The notes: generated from the sequence alone by a model not told the origin. A stretch of DNA of 64,000 nucleotides from Gammaproteobacteria bacterium (GCA_030066085.1 JASJCI010000022.1:6644-70643), one strand, 5' to 3'. Positions 29,873 to 41,093 are shown, counted from the first letter of the stretch. Numbers and translations: made by a program.

Positions 29873-30180
29873 GCGACGCCCAGCCGATCAATATCTCTAT
29901 CCTGGACAAGGATTACAAGGTCGCCTGCCCGCCGGGCGAACAGTCCGCGCTGCTCGAATCGGCCAAGTTTCTCGACAGCAAGATGCGCGAGGTACGCGAC
30001 AGCGGCAATATCATCGGCTCCGAGCGCATCGCGGTTATCACCGCGCTCAACATGGCCAACGACCTGCTCAAGTCCGTCAATGTCGACAAGGCGATCGGCC
30101 AGGAGCTGCCGCCGCGCCTTAAGGACCTGGAAAGCAAGATCTCGCGCGTGCTCGAACAGGCCAAACAGCTCGAGATCTGA
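29869..30180 (+). CDS. zapA: Cell division protein ZapA
   Basis: ILDKDYKVACP, LDSKMREVR, ERIAVITALNMA. Confidence 0.95.
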   Translation: MSDAQPINISILDKDYKVACPPGEQSALLESAKFLDSKMREVRDSGNIIGSERIAVITALNMANDLLKSVNVDKAIGQELPPRLKDLESKISRVLEQAKQLEI

Positions 30181-30243
30181 CTACCGCCTGCTCCGCACGC
30201 GCCGGCCTGCATGCCGATAATCGGCACTATTAGTTTTTTAAAT

Positions 30244-30273
30244 TTTACATTTGGACCGAAACGGGCCTATAGT
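30244..30273 (+). promoter_or_regulatory. Sigma70 promoter of 6S RNA
   Basis: TTTACA-18 bp-TATAGT with an AT-rich upstream tract, about 7 nt before the RNA 5' end. Confidence 0.65.
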
Positions 30274-30280
30274 TAGGCGA

Positions 30281-30463
30281 TACTGACTACGGTGATCGTT
30301 AGCAGCCCATCATAATCCTTGAGCCTATCTATCAACCTCGGGGACTTCCGTGTGACACTGGTGAGCATGCCTGACGCGTCAGGAAGCCTGATGTGATTAC
30401 CGATAACCCCACCTGAACCATTGGTTCAAGGTCGATAGTTTTGCGACGTCACCGTGGTCGGTA
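30281..30463 (+). ncRNA. ssrS: 6S RNA
   Basis: Downstream of zapA; termini pair (TACTGACTACGGTGA / TCACCGTGGTCGGTA); conserved CCTTGAGCC, AAGCCT and CCTGAACC...GGTTCAAG motifs; about 183 nt. Confidence 0.9.
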
Positions 30464-30512
30464 TCCTCGCCCCCCGCAACTCCCCTGCCGTATTTCCGGC
30501 CGGCCTCCGCGG

Positions 30513-32036
30513 TTAGCGCAAGAACAGCCGGTAAGCGTCGTTGCCGGTCTCGTCCCAGTAAGGAATACCGAGGCTCTTGAGGAAGCTGTTGAAAGCTTTC
30601 AGATCGCCGCGATCGACCTGGAACCCCATCAGGATACGACCAAAATTGGAACCGTGGTTGCGGTAGTGGAACAGGCTGATGTTCCAGCGATCACCGACCT
30701 TCATCAAAAAATTTAATAGCGCGCCCGGTTTTTCGGGGAACTGGAAGCGATAGAGATGCTCGTTGGTTACGCTGTTGCCGGGGTGGCCGCCGATCATGTA
30801 ACGCGTGTGCAGCTTGGCCACTTCGTTGTCGGTCATGTCGACTACCGGGTAGCCGCCCTTGCGCAGCTTTTCGATCAGCTGGTTCTTTTCCTCCAGACCC
30901 CTGGTCAGCTGGATACCCGCGAATACGCGCGCGAGCTTGTCGTCCGCGTAGCGATAGTTGAACTCGGTAATCGCGCGTTGCCCGATCATCTTGCACAGCC
31001 GCTTGAAGCTGCCCGGGCGTTCCGGGATTTCGACCGCCAGCAGCGCCTCGCGTTCTTCACCCAGTTCGGCGCGTTCGGACACGTGCCGCAGCCGATCGAA
31101 GTTCATGTTGGCGCCGCAGTTGATTGCGACGAAAGTCTTGCCCTGGATACCGTGCGCCTCGACGTACTTTTTCAGCCCGGCGAGCGACAGTGCGCCGGCC
31201 GGTTCACAAATCGAGCGCGTATCCTCGTAGGTGTCCTTGATTGCCGCGCAGATCTGGTCGGTGTTGACCAGGATCACGTCATCGACCAGGTCCTTGATCA
31301 TGGAAAAGGTGTTCTTGCCGACCTGGCGCACGGCAACACCGTCGGCGAATATACCGACATCCTTGAGCTTGACCCGCCGCCCGGTCCTGCGAGCCTCGTA
31401 GAAACAGGCCGCGTCTTCCGGCTCGACGCCGATGATCCGGGTCTCCGGCTTGACCATTTTCATGAACCCGGCGATGCCCGCCACCAGTCCGCCGCCGCCA
31501 ACCGCGACGAAGATCGCGTCGATGTGGCCGGGGTGCTGGCGGATGATCTCGTGCGCGATAGTGCCCTGCCCGGCCATGACGTCGAAGTCGTCGAACGGAT
31601 GGATGTAGGCGAGTTTCTCCTTTTGCGCGAGCTTGAGCGAGTAATCCTTGGCGGCATCGAAATTTTCGCCGTGGATCACGACCCTGGCGCCGAGCGCGCG
31701 CACCGCGCCGACCTTGATGTCGGGTGTCGTTACCGGCATGACGATGACCGCCTTCAGGTGCAGTTTCTGCGCCGCCAGCGCCACCCCCTGGGCGTGGTTG
31801 CCCGCCGACGCGGTGATGACACCCTTGAGATCCGGGTTAGCCTTCGTTTCCTGGTATATCTTGTTGAATGCACCGCGACACTTGAACGAAAAAACCGGCT
31901 GCAGGTCCTCGCGCTTGAGGAACACGTCGTTGCCGAAGCGGCGGGAAATTTTCGGCATGTGATCGAGCGGCGTTTCGCGCGCCACGTCGTATACCCGCGC
32001 GGTCAGGATTTTTTCCAGAAATTTGTCTTTTCGCAT
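30513..32036 (-). CDS. ilvA: Biosynthetic threonine ammonia-lyase
   Basis: KREDLQPVFSFKCRGA, ASAGNHAQGVA, GANMNFDRLR, two C-terminal regulatory domains. Confidence 0.97.
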   Translation of the reverse strand: MRKDKFLEKILTARVYDVARETPLDHMPKISRRFGNDVFLKREDLQPVFSFKCRGAFNKIYQETKANPDLKGVITASAGNHAQGVALAAQKLHLKAVIVMPVTTPDIKVGAVRALGARVVIHGENFDAAKDYSLKLAQKEKLAYIHPFDDFDVMAGQGTIAHEIIRQHPGHIDAIFVAVGGGGLVAGIAGFMKMVKPETRIIGVEPEDAACFYEARRTGRRVKLKDVGIFADGVAVRQVGKNTFSMIKDLVDDVILVNTDQICAAIKDTYEDTRSICEPAGALSLAGLKKYVEAHGIQGKTFVAINCGANMNFDRLRHVSERAELGEEREALLAVEIPERPGSFKRLCKMIGQRAITEFNYRYADDKLARVFAGIQLTRGLEEKNQLIEKLRKGGYPVVDMTDNEVAKLHTRYMIGGHPGNSVTNEHLYRFQFPEKPGALLNFLMKVGDRWNISLFHYRNHGSNFGRILMGFQVDRGDLKAFNSFLKSLGIPYWDETGNDAYRLFLR

Positions 32037-32145
32037 AAGCCCGGGGAGCCTTGAGGAATTCGGCGGCACGCAAAACAGCGCAATGACTTGCGCTGCCTGG
32101 TTGGGATTATCATAATTGATCGCACTCGAAGCAACCGCTAAATCC

Positions 32146-32814
32146 ATGACTCCCGAAGACAAGAAGCGTATCGCCGCGGAGGCCGCCGTCGGCTATGTCA
32201 GGCCCGATACCGTTATCGGCGTCGGTACCGGCTCCACGGTCAACCATTTCATCGACCTGCTGGCAGCCGAAATGGCGGGCGAGGTCAGGGCCGCGGTTTC
32301 CAGTTCGGAAGCGTCGAGCGAGCGCCTGCGCGGGCACGGCATCCCGGTGGTCGATCTGAACGAGGTCGGCCGCCTCGATGTCTACGTCGACGGCGCCGAC
32401 GAGTCCAACGCGCGCCTGCACCTGATCAAGGGTGGCGGTGGCGCGCTCACGCGCGAGAAAATCGTCGCCGCGGCGAGCCGCGAATTCGTCTGCATCGCCG
32501 ACGACAGCAAGCTGGTCGCAACCCTGGGCAGCTTTCCGCTGCCGGTGGAGGTAATCCCGATGGCGCGCGAACTGGTCGCTTATGCGCTGCGTGAACTGGG
32601 CGGCGAGCCGCGCCTGCGTGACGGCACCGTCACCGACAACGGCAATCATATCCTGGACGTCCACGGACTGAGCATCGACGACGCGCTGACCCTGGAAACC
32701 CGGATCAACCAGATCACCGGCGTGGTTTGCAACGGCCTGTTTGCCCATCGACCGGCCGACGTACTGATCCTGGGCACCGATCACGGTGTCGAGCGACATA
32801 CCGCCGCGACATAA
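32146..32814 (+). CDS. rpiA: Ribose-5-phosphate isomerase A
   Basis: [33 protein letters not shown]. Confidence 0.97.
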   Translation: MTPEDKKRIAAEAAVGYVRPDTVIGVGTGSTVNHFIDLLAAEMAGEVRAAVSSSEASSERLRGHGIPVVDLNEVGRLDVYVDGADESNARLHLIKGGGGALTREKIVAAASREFVCIADDSKLVATLGSFPLPVEVIPMARELVAYALRELGGEPRLRDGTVTDNGNHILDVHGLSIDDALTLETRINQITGVVCNGLFAHRPADVLILGTDHGVERHTAAT

Positions 32815-32815
32815 A

Positions 32816-32839
32816 AAAAGCCCGCTGTCGCGGGCTTTT
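32816..32839. terminator. Bidirectional intrinsic terminator between rpiA and rpsI
   Basis: AAAAGCCCGC-TGTC-GCGGGCTTTT with A/T tracts on both sides. Confidence 0.85.
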
Positions 32840-32878
32840 GTTACTCGATGGCGCGTTGCGCGCGAAACTCGCGACGCG

Positions 32879-33268
32879 TTAACGCTTGGAGAACTGGACT
32901 CCGCGGCGAGCCTTGCGCAGACCGACCTTCTTGCGTTCGACCTCGCGCGCGTCGCGGGTCACGAAGCCTTCCTTGCGCAGCGCTGAGCGCAGGGTCTCGT
33001 CGTAGTCGATTAGTGCGCGGGTAATCCCGTGCCGGATCGCACCGGCCTGGCCGCTGGGTCCGCCGCCGCTGACGTTGACGAAAATGTCGAACTTGTCGGT
33101 CAGTTCCGCGGTTTCGAGCGGTTGCCGCACGACCATGCGCGAGGTTTCGCGGCCGAAGTACTGGTCGATGCTGCGCTTGTTGATCGTGATCGCGCCGCTT
33201 CCCGGACGCAGGTAAACGCGTGCCGAGGAGCTCTTGCGTCGTCCGGTGCCGTAATACTGATCTGCCAT
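32879..33268 (-). CDS. rpsI: 30S ribosomal protein S9
   Basis: [39 protein letters not shown]. Confidence 0.99.
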   Translation of the reverse strand: MADQYYGTGRRKSSSARVYLRPGSGAITINKRSIDQYFGRETSRMVVRQPLETAELTDKFDIFVNVSGGGPSGQAGAIRHGITRALIDYDETLRSALRKEGFVTRDAREVERKKVGLRKARRGVQFSKR

Positions 33269-33279
33269 GTCTGTCCTGC

Positions 33280-33708
33280 CTAGATTTCGAGGGTCTGGGG
33301 TTGCTGCGCTTCGTGCTTGTGCGCGTCACCCGCGTACACCTTCAGCTTGCGGAACATCGCGCGACCCAGCGGGTTCTTCGGCAACATGCCCTTGACCGAC
33401 TTTTCGATGATGCGCTCGGGGTGCTCCTGGCGCAGCTTGGCGAGATTGGTCGACTTGAGGCTGCCGATGTAGCCGGTGTGATGGTGATACATCTTGTCGT
33501 TTTCCTTGTTGCCGGTAACGCGTACCTTTTCGGCATTGATGACAATGATGTAGTCGCCGGTGTCGACATGCGGCGTGTACTCGGGCTTGTGCTTGCCGCG
33601 CAGACGGCGCGCAATTTCGGTCGACAGCCGGCCGAGGACCTTGTCGGTCGCGTCGATCACGTACCAGTCGCGTTTAACCGTTTCGGGTTTGGCGCTGAAG
33701 GTTTTCAT
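33280..33708 (-). CDS. rplM: 50S ribosomal protein L13
   Basis: [34 protein letters not shown]. Confidence 0.99.
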   Translation of the reverse strand: MKTFSAKPETVKRDWYVIDATDKVLGRLSTEIARRLRGKHKPEYTPHVDTGDYIIVINAEKVRVTGNKENDKMYHHHTGYIGSLKSTNLAKLRQEHPERIIEKSVKGMLPKNPLGRAMFRKLKVYAGDAHKHEAQQPQTLEI

Positions 33709-33765
33709 CTGATTTCCCGTAAAACCCCGGTTGCGGGGTCTTGAGTTCTGTTGCAAAGGGCGCGA

Positions 33766-33794
33766 ATACTAACGGAAACAGGATCGCTTGACAA
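33766..33794 (-). promoter_or_regulatory. rplM-rpsI promoter with GC-rich discriminator
   Basis: TTGTCA-17 bp-TAGTAT followed by TCGCGCCC; the 5'UTR contains hairpin AAGACCCC-GCAACC-GGGGTTTT. Confidence 0.6.
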
Positions 33795-33905
33795 GCCGTA
33801 AACCCGCGTTTTTACGTGTATTTCCAGGTGCTGGATTCGGCTCGAGAGATGGCCGATAATCGCCCTTCGAACAAACCCGGCACAACCCGCTGCGAAAGGC
33901 CCGAA

Positions 33906-34544
33906 ATGCGTCGCTTAAGCTTCACCGACCGCCTGCTCGACGAACTCCAGCACGGCTTCAACACGACCCACCTGCGTCCGCCCGCGGCGCCGCGACCCTA
34001 CCCGGCCGGGACGGTCGACGAGCACGAGTTGTCCGACGACGAGCGTGCCCACGCGGCCGGCCTGATGCGGGTCAACAACGCCGGCGAGGTTGCCGCCCAG
34101 GGCCTCTACCGCGGCCAGGCGCTGACCGCGCGCCGGGCCGCGCTTGGCGCGGCCATGATCGAAGCCGCGGAAGAAGAAAACGAACACCTCAACTGGTGTC
34201 AGCGACGGCTGGAAGAACTCGGCGAACGACGCAGCCTGTTCGACGGCTTCTGGTACTGGGGCTCGTTTGCGATCGGCGCGCTGGCCGGCGCGGCCGGCGA
34301 CAAGTGGAGCCTGGGTTTCGTCAAGGAGACCGAGCAACAGGTCTGCGGCCATCTCGACAGTCATCTCGAGCGCCTGCCGCAGCAGGACCAGCGCAGCCGG
34401 GCTATCCTCGAGGCGATGCGCGCGGACGAGCTGCGCCACGCCGACAATGCCGCCGCGGCCGGCGCGGCGGAGTTACCCCTGCCGGTACGGCGGGTTATGA
34501 CCGCGGTCAGCAAGATCATGACGGTTGGCGCTTACCGCCTCTAG
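33906..34544 (+). CDS. coq7: Demethoxyubiquinone hydroxylase Coq7
   Basis: [37 protein letters not shown] and DELRH di-iron motifs. Confidence 0.93.
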   Translation: MRRLSFTDRLLDELQHGFNTTHLRPPAAPRPYPAGTVDEHELSDDERAHAAGLMRVNNAGEVAAQGLYRGQALTARRAALGAAMIEAAEEENEHLNWCQRRLEELGERRSLFDGFWYWGSFAIGALAGAAGDKWSLGFVKETEQQVCGHLDSHLERLPQQDQRSRAILEAMRADELRHADNAAAAGAAELPLPVRRVMTAVSKIMTVGAYRL

Positions 34545-34596
34545 GTGTTCGCTATCGACCCTCGCGCCGGCGGCCCGGGTCCAGCCAGGGCATGAC

Positions 34597-35013
34597 TCAG
34601 GCTTCGACGATTTCGAAGTCGTGCGTGATGGCGGCCGTTTTCTCCAGCATCCTCGACGCGGAACAGTATTTCTCGGCCGATAATTCGATTGCCTTTGCGA
34701 CCTTCTTCGGGTCGAGCTGATTGCCTTTGACTATGAAATGCAGGTGGATGCGGGTAAATACCTTCGGCACCTCCGGGGCACGCTCGGCCTCGATTTCGAC
34801 CTCGCATTCGACCAGCGCCTGGCGGGATTTTTGCAAAATCGACACCACGTCGAAGCTGGTGCAACCGCCGAGACCAAGGATCAGCATTTCCATCGGGCGG
34901 ACGCCGAGATTACGCCCCCCGGATTCCGGCGCACCGTCCATCACCACCGAGTGACCACTCGGTGATTCACCGACAAAAGTCATGTGGTCGAGCCATTTTA
35001 CTCTAGACTTCAT
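34597..35013 (-). CDS. OsmC family protein (YhfA-like)
   Basis: RPMEMLILGLGGCTSFDV, KYCSAS; divergent from crp, as yhfA is. Confidence 0.9.
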   Translation of the reverse strand: MKSRVKWLDHMTFVGESPSGHSVVMDGAPESGGRNLGVRPMEMLILGLGGCTSFDVVSILQKSRQALVECEVEIEAERAPEVPKVFTRIHLHFIVKGNQLDPKKVAKAIELSAEKYCSASRMLEKTAAITHDFEIVEA

Positions 35014-35089
35014 AGTCCTAATCTATTGCTGTTGCACTGCACGATTTGTGCTATGTTTAATGCACGTGAGCTAACACTTGATGCATACG

Positions 35090-35737
35090 ATGTCAGTTAA
35101 CCCGATCACAAAAGTTGTACCGCGGCAAAACCCCGCGCTGGACAATTTCCTGCGTCACTGCCACGTCAAGAAGTACTCCGCACGCTCCACGATCATTCAC
35201 GCGGGCGACGAGTCGGAGACGCTTTACTATATCATCGACGGTTCGGTCAGCGTAGTTATCGAGGACGAGGACTGCAACGAAATCGTGCTGGCTTACCTGA
35301 ATCCCGGTGATTTCTTCGGTGAGATGGGGCTGTTCGAGGAAGACACCAAGCGCAGCGCCTGGGTGATCACCCGCACCGTCTGCGAAGTGGCCGAAATTCA
35401 TTACTCGCAGTTCATGCAACTGGCCAAGGAAACCCCCGAGATCCTGTTCCAGCTGTCATCGCAGCTCGCGAGCCGGCTGCGCAACACCAGTCGCAAGGTC
35501 AGCAACCTGGCATTCATGGATGTTACCGGGCGCGTCGCGCGCACGCTGCTGGATCTCGCGCGCGAACCGGATGCGATCACCCATCCGGACGGCATGCAAA
35601 TCAAGATAACCCGCCAGGAGATCGCCAAGATCGTCGGCTGCTCGCGGGAGATGGCCGGGCGCGTCATGAAGACCCTCGAGGAAGACGGCCTGATCTCGGC
35701 CCACGGCAAAACCATCGTCGTTTTCGGTACCCGCTAG
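35090..35737 (+). CDS. crp: cAMP-activated transcriptional regulator CRP/Vfr
   Basis: [12 protein letters not shown] and TS cAMP-binding residues, [22 protein letters not shown]; start could be 35081. Confidence 0.95.
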   Translation: MSVNPITKVVPRQNPALDNFLRHCHVKKYSARSTIIHAGDESETLYYIIDGSVSVVIEDEDCNEIVLAYLNPGDFFGEMGLFEEDTKRSAWVITRTVCEVAEIHYSQFMQLAKETPEILFQLSSQLASRLRNTSRKVSNLAFMDVTGRVARTLLDLAREPDAITHPDGMQIKITRQEIAKIVGCSREMAGRVMKTLEEDGLISAHGKTIVVFGTR

Positions 35738-35766
35738 ACCCGCGGCGCAGTACTGTTCGTATTTCT

Positions 35767-35937
35767 GGTTCCCGCAGAGCCCGCCGGGGACGCAGAGCAT
35801 GTACGACAAACTCTACCTTGCCCCTGTTTCCGGCACCGTGTTCGCTAGCCGCCTGACGGGTGAATTTTCCCTGCGGCCCAACCTTTAGAAAATCCCGCGC
35901 GCACCGCTCGTAGAACCCTGCGAGCCCTGCGGGAACC
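35767..35937. repeat. 171-bp element with 22-bp imperfect terminal inverted repeats (MITE-like)
   Basis: GGTTCCCGCAGAGCCCGCCGGG (35767-35788) versus reverse complement of 35916-35937, GGTTCCCGCAGGGCTCGCAGGG; 3 mismatches. Confidence 0.55.
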
Positions 35938-35976
35938 CTATGGTAAAGTCGCCGCTGATCAGCGCCCGCGGCGGTT

Positions 35977-36780
35977 TCAGTCGCGAAACAGATCGTGGAG
36001 TTCGGCGCCGGGGTCGGCGGCGCGCATGAAGGCTTCGCCGACGAGGAAAGCGTTGACGTCTTGCGCGCGCATGCGCGCGACGTCGGCGCGACCGTGAATC
36101 CCGCTTTCGGTCACCACCAGGCAACCGGGCGGTACCGTGTCGAGCAGGTCGAGGGTGGTTTCCAGCCGGGTTTCGAAGGTACGCAGGTTGCGGTTGTTGA
36201 TACCGACGAGATCGAGCTCGAGCCGCAACGCCCGTTCCAGCTCATCGCGGTCGTGCACCTCGACCAGGACGTCCAGCTCGAATTCCCGCGCCGCGGCCGA
36301 CAGTTCGGCGAGCGCGGTATCATCGAGTGCGGCCACGATCAACAGGACACAGTCGGCGCCGATGGCGCGGGCTTCGGCCACCTGGTAGGGATCGACGATA
36401 AAATCCTTGCGAATTACCGGCAGGTCGCAGGCATCACGGGCGGCGGTCAGGTAGTCTTCGTGGCCCTGGAAAAAATCGCGGTCGGTCAGCACCGACAGGC
36501 AGCACGCGCCACCGCGCTGGTAGGATTCGGCGATCGCGACCGGGTCGAAATCTTCACGGATCACCCCTTTGCTCGGTGAAGCCTTCTTGATCTCGGCAAT
36601 AACCGCGGCTTCGCCAGCGGCGACCCGCTGGCGCAATGCGGCGACAAATCCGCGTACCGGCGAAACATCGCCAGCGCGCCGGCGCAGCTCGTCGACACTC
36701 CGCTCGCGCTTGCGCGCGGCAATTTCCTCGGCCTTGCGGGCGAGAATACGCTGCAGGATATCGGGTGGTGCCGCGGTCAC
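35977..36780 (-). CDS. trpC: Indole-3-glycerol phosphate synthase
   Basis: [42 protein letters not shown]. Confidence 0.97.
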   Translation of the reverse strand: MTAAPPDILQRILARKAEEIAARKRERSVDELRRRAGDVSPVRGFVAALRQRVAAGEAAVIAEIKKASPSKGVIREDFDPVAIAESYQRGGACCLSVLTDRDFFQGHEDYLTAARDACDLPVIRKDFIVDPYQVAEARAIGADCVLLIVAALDDTALAELSAAAREFELDVLVEVHDRDELERALRLELDLVGINNRNLRTFETRLETTLDLLDTVPPGCLVVTESGIHGRADVARMRAQDVNAFLVGEAFMRAADPGAELHDLFRD

Positions 36781-37793
36781 AGCGAGTTGCTCCGCTCGAC
36801 CAGTTTTTGCAGGGCGCGGGCGGCCTTGCCATCGGCAATTGCCGCCCGTGCCGCGTCGACCCCGGCGGCCAGTGTGTCGGACAGGCCGGCGACATAAATG
36901 GCCGCGCCGGCGTTCAGGCAGACGATGTCGTGCGCCGGACCTGCTTCGCCACCAAATACCGCGCGAATTTTGCCCAGGCTGGCCTCGGCGCTGTCGACAC
37001 GCAGGGTTTCGATTGGTGCGGTCTCCATGCCAAAATCAGCCGGCGTCAGGGTGTAGGTGCTGACTTCGCCATCCTTGAGCTCGGCGACCCGGGTCGGCGC
37101 GGACACGCTGATTTCGTCCATGCCATCCTCGGCATGGACGACCATGACGTGGCGGCTGCCGAGTTGCTGCAGCACCCGCGCCATCACCTCGACCAGCTCG
37201 CCGTCGAATACGCCGATAACCTGGTTGGGGGCGCCGGCGGGATTGGTCAGGGGACCGAGCACGTTGAAGATCGTGCGCACGGCCATCTCCTTGCGCGCAC
37301 CGATCGCGTGTTTCATCGCGCCGTGATGCGCCGGCGCGAACATGAAGCCGACACCGACCGAGCGGATACATTCGGCGACCTGGGCCGGCGACAGGTCGAG
37401 CCGCACACCGGCCGCCTCGAGCACGTCGGCACTGCCGGAGTTGCTGGTCATCGAGCGATTGCCGTGCTTGGCGACACTGGCGCCGGCGGCCGCGGCAACG
37501 ATCGCGCTGGCGGTCGAGATATTGAAACTGCCGGAAGCGTCACCGCCGGTACCGGCGGTATCGACGAGGTGGTCGCCGTCGACCTCGACCCGCGCCGCTA
37601 GTTCGCGCATGACGCTGGCGGCTGCCGAAATCTCGTCGACGCTTTCGCCCTTCATGCGCAGGCCGACGAGAAAGCCGCCGATTTGCGACTCGGTGCACTC
37701 ACCGGTCATGATCTGGCGCATCACCGAGGTCATGTCGGCACCGCTCAGGTCGCGGCCCTCGATGACGGTCTTGATCGCTGTCTGGATGTCCAC
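36777..37793 (-). CDS. trpD: Anthranilate phosphoribosyltransferase
   Basis: [43 protein letters not shown] start. Confidence 0.97.
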   Translation of the reverse strand: MDIQTAIKTVIEGRDLSGADMTSVMRQIMTGECTESQIGGFLVGLRMKGESVDEISAAASVMRELAARVEVDGDHLVDTAGTGGDASGSFNISTASAIVAAAAGASVAKHGNRSMTSNSGSADVLEAAGVRLDLSPAQVAECIRSVGVGFMFAPAHHGAMKHAIGARKEMAVRTIFNVLGPLTNPAGAPNQVIGVFDGELVEVMARVLQQLGSRHVMVVHAEDGMDEISVSAPTRVAELKDGEVSTYTLTPADFGMETAPIETLRVDSAEASLGKIRAVFGGEAGPAHDIVCLNAGAAIYVAGLSDTLAAGVDAARAAIADGKAARALQKLVERSNSL

Positions 37794-37809
37794 CTGCTTG
37801 CTACCCCCT

Positions 37810-38391
37810 TTAACCCTGCAGAAAATTCTGCAGTAACTGATGCCCGTGCCGTGTTTCGATCGATTCGGGGTGAAATTGTACCCCTTCGACCGAGAGTTCA
37901 CGGTGGCGCACGCCCATGATTTCGTCGATGTTGCCGTCGGCGTCCTCGGTCCAGGCGGTGATCTCGAGACAGGCCGGCAGGCTGGCGCGCTCGATGACCA
38001 GCGAATGATAGCGCGTTGCGATGAACGGACTCTCGAGACCGCGAAAAACGCCCTTGCCGAGATGCCGGATCGGCGAAGTCTTGCCATGCATGATCTCGCG
38101 CGCATGCACGATGCGACCGCCGAATACCTGGCCGATGCTCTGGTGGCCGAGACAGACGCCGAGAATCGGCCGCTCTCCGGCCATGGCCTCGATCGCGGCC
38201 ATCGACACGCCGGCTTCGTTCGGCGTACAGGGGCCGGGCGAAATCATGATGCGGCTGGCGTCGCTGTGGCGAATTGCATCGATGCCGATCTGGTCGTTGC
38301 GCGCAACCTCGACCTCGGCGCCGAGTTCACCCAGGTACTGCACCAGGTTGAAGGTGAAGGAATCGTAGTTGTCGATCATCAGTACCTTCAT
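37810..38391 (-). CDS. trpG: Anthranilate synthase component II
   Basis: [33 protein letters not shown]. Confidence 0.96.
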   Translation of the reverse strand: MKVLMIDNYDSFTFNLVQYLGELGAEVEVARNDQIGIDAIRHSDASRIMISPGPCTPNEAGVSMAAIEAMAGERPILGVCLGHQSIGQVFGGRIVHAREIMHGKTSPIRHLGKGVFRGLESPFIATRYHSLVIERASLPACLEITAWTEDADGNIDEIMGVRHRELSVEGVQFHPESIETRHGHQLLQNFLQG

Positions 38392-39902
38392 GACCGCCCC
38401 TCCCCGTCCTCGTCGGCACCGGCATTGCGTGCCGGCAGGCCGGCCTCGGCCAGTGCAACCGCGCGGAAAATCGCGCGCCCCTTGTTCATGGTCTCGGCCC
38501 ATTCGTTTGCGGGTACCGAGTCGTAGACGATGCCGGCGCCGGCCTGGATGTAGAGCTTGCCGTCCTTGATCACGGCGGTGCGAATCGCGATCGCGGTGTC
38601 CATGTTGCCGCTCCAGGAGAGATAGCCGACCGCGCCCGAGTAGATGCCGCGCTTGACCGGTTCGAGCTCGTCGATGATTTCCATCGCCCGTATCTTGGGC
38701 GCGCCCGACACGGTGCCGGCCGGAAAGGTGGCCCGCAGGACGTCGAACGCGGTCATGTCGGGCCGAATCCGGCCCTCGACATTGGACACGATGTGCATCA
38801 CGTGCGAGTAACGCTCGACGATCATTTTTTCGGTCAGCTCGACGCTGCCGACCTGGCTGACCCGGCCGGCATCGTTGCGGCCGAGATCGATCAGCATCAG
38901 GTGCTCGGCGAGTTCCTTCGGATCGGCCAGCAGGTCCGCCTCGAGCGCGCGGTCCGCCTCCGGCGTACGGCCGCGCGGACGGGTGCCGGCAATCGGGCGC
39001 ACGGTCACGGTTTCGTCCTCGAGCCGCACCAGGATCTCCGGCGAGGATCCCACCACGTGGTGATCGCCGAGATTCAGGTAGTACAGGTAGGGTGACGGAT
39101 TCAGGCTGCGCAGCGCGCGGTACAGCTCGATCGGCTCGGCGCGATAGGGAATCGACAGGCGCTGCGACAGCACGACCTGCATGCAGTCGCCATCGATGAT
39201 GTACTGGCGCGCCCGCTCGACCGCGGCTTCGAAACCCTCGCGGGTGAACCCGGATTCGAAGTCCTGTTCACGCACCTCGATCTCGGACGCGGACGGCGCC
39301 TCGCGCTCGAGGTTTCGTGCCAGGCGCTGCTCGAGCGCGTCAAGCCGGGCCTGGCCTGCCTGCCACGCACCCGCTTCGGCCGGATCGACGTGCACCACGA
39401 GGTACATGCGCGAGGACAGGTTGTCGAACACCACCAGTTCGTCGCTCAGCATGAGCAGGATATCGGGCGTTTCGTGCCGGTCCGGGTTGGGACAGTCCGC
39501 CAGTTTCGGTTCGATGTAGCGAATCGTGTCGTAACCGAAGTAACCGACCAGGCCGCCATGAAACTTGGGCAGGTAATCGAACTCGGCAACGCGAAAAAAC
39601 TTCAGGTACTCCTCGACGAAACGCAGCGGGTCATCGGTTTCTTCCTCGCTGACGACCTGGCCGCCAACTTCGAGTTGCGCTGTCTTGCCGAAAACGCGGA
39701 TACGGGTATCGCAGGCCATGCCGATAATCGAGTATCGACCCCACTTCTCGCCACCCTGGACCGATTCGAACAGGTAGGTGTAGGGTTCATCGGCGAGCTT
39801 CAGGTAGGCGCTGAGCGGGGTATCGAGATCGGCGAATACTTCGCGCACCAGCGGGATGCGATTGTAATCGCGCTTGATCTGGTTGAATTGCTGCAGGTTC
39901 AC
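38388..39902 (-). CDS. trpE: Anthranilate synthase component I
   Basis: [54 protein letters not shown]. Confidence 0.97.
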   Translation of the reverse strand: MNLQQFNQIKRDYNRIPLVREVFADLDTPLSAYLKLADEPYTYLFESVQGGEKWGRYSIIGMACDTRIRVFGKTAQLEVGGQVVSEEETDDPLRFVEEYLKFFRVAEFDYLPKFHGGLVGYFGYDTIRYIEPKLADCPNPDRHETPDILLMLSDELVVFDNLSSRMYLVVHVDPAEAGAWQAGQARLDALEQRLARNLEREAPSASEIEVREQDFESGFTREGFEAAVERARQYIIDGDCMQVVLSQRLSIPYRAEPIELYRALRSLNPSPYLYYLNLGDHHVVGSSPEILVRLEDETVTVRPIAGTRPRGRTPEADRALEADLLADPKELAEHLMLIDLGRNDAGRVSQVGSVELTEKMIVERYSHVMHIVSNVEGRIRPDMTAFDVLRATFPAGTVSGAPKIRAMEIIDELEPVKRGIYSGAVGYLSWSGNMDTAIAIRTAVIKDGKLYIQAGAGIVYDSVPANEWAETMNKGRAIFRAVALAEAGLPARNAGADEDGEGRS

Positions 39903-39954
39903 GGGGTGTCCTCAAAAACGGTTGCGAAAAAAAAGGGGTACGAACGGGCCGGCT

Positions 39955-40008
39955 TCACCATCGCCAGCGCAGCGTATCCTCGATTTTTTGCAAACGTTCT
40001 TGAGTCAT
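39955..40008 (-). CDS. trpL: trp operon leader peptide MTQERLQKIEDTLRWRW
   Basis: 17-aa ORF ending RWRW-stop, 53 nt upstream of the trpE GTG, followed by a GC-rich stretch and a T8 run. Confidence 0.8.
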   Translation of the reverse strand: MTQERLQKIEDTLRWRW

Positions 40009-40084
40009 TTTGATGCCAACCGTCAGGTCAGGAGCCAGAATCTAACACAGGCTCGACGGCAAGACCACGCCTAAATCGGACCGC

Positions 40085-40780
40085 TCAGACCGAGCCGACG
40101 CGCGCCAGTTCGTCGCGCATGCGCGCGATGATGCCGTCGTAGCGATTGGGATCGGCGGCATCGGCCTTGCCGAAGATGCCGGAGCCGGAAACGAAGGTAT
40201 CCGCGCCCGCGGCGGCAATCTCGGCGATGTTGTCGACCTTGACGCCACCGTCGATTTCGAGCCGGATATCGAAACCGGATGCGTCGATCAGCGCGCGCGC
40301 GGCGCGCAGCTTGTCGAGCGCGGCCGGGATGAAGCTCTGCCCGCCAAAGCCCGGGTTGACCGACATCAGCAGGATCATGTCGACCTTGTCGAGCACGTAG
40401 TCGAGGTAGCTGAGCGGGGTCGCCGGGTTGAACACCAGGCCCGACCTGCAGCCGTGTTCGCGCACGAGCGCGAGACTGCGATCGATATGCTCGGAGGCCT
40501 CCGGATGAAAGGTAATGTAAGTGGCGCCGGCCGCGGCAAAGTCGGGAATGATACGATCCACCGGGCTGACCATCAGGTGCACGTCGATCGGTGCCTCGAC
40601 GCCGTGCTTGCGCAGCGCCTCGCACACCAGCGGCCCGATCGTCAGGTTCGGTACGTAATGGTTGTCCATGACGTCGAAATGCACGATGTCCGCGCCCGCG
40701 GCGAGCACGTTGTCGACTTCCTCGCCGAGGCGAGCAAAATCGGCCGACAGGATGGAGGGGGCGATCTGGTAGTCCGGCAT
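40085..40780 (-). CDS. rpe: Ribulose-phosphate 3-epimerase
   Basis: [42 protein letters not shown]. Confidence 0.98.
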   Translation of the reverse strand: MPDYQIAPSILSADFARLGEEVDNVLAAGADIVHFDVMDNHYVPNLTIGPLVCEALRKHGVEAPIDVHLMVSPVDRIIPDFAAAGATYITFHPEASEHIDRSLALVREHGCRSGLVFNPATPLSYLDYVLDKVDMILLMSVNPGFGGQSFIPAALDKLRAARALIDASGFDIRLEIDGGVKVDNIAEIAAAGADTFVSGSGIFGKADAADPNRYDGIIARMRDELARVGSV

Positions 40781-40883
40781 ACTGGTTTCCGCTGACAAGA
40801 CGGCCGCAATTTACACCATCCGCGCACGGATTACAGCCCGGCCATCGGGGATAGACCCGCACCGCTTTTGTTACACTGCGAGC

Positions 40884-41093
40884 ATGCAACGGGACAGGCA
40901 GAAATCCCCGCAAACGGCGCTGCGCCAGGAGATTGCCGCGCTCGAGCACGAGTTGCGCCGCGTGCGCGACGGGCTCGAGCGCAATCGAACACCGGAACTC
41001 GAGCGGCGCGCGCGCCAGCTGCGCGACAATATCGAGCTGTGCCGGCGCGAGCTCGAAGCCGGCCTCAGGAGCGCTCGACCAGGCGACGAATAG
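40884..41093 (+). CDS. Small coiled-coil hypothetical protein (69 aa), probably leaderless
   Basis: Amphipathic heptads; extended -10 TGTTACACT 6 nt before the ATG. Confidence 0.55.
   Translation: MQRDRQKSPQTALRQEIAALEHELRRVRDGLERNRTPELERRARQLRDNIELCRRELEAGLRSARPGDE

Noticed and set aside
32037..32145. Ile/Val/Leu leader peptide upstream of ilvA
   Set aside because: No short ORF with clustered branched-chain codons and no terminator; the spacer is a divergent promoter shared with rpiA
35014..35089. CRP box or other operator in the osmC/crp divergent spacer (TGTTGCACTGCACGATTTGTGC)
   Set aside because: No TGTGA-N6-TCACA match; the TGCA-rich motif is too degenerate to assign
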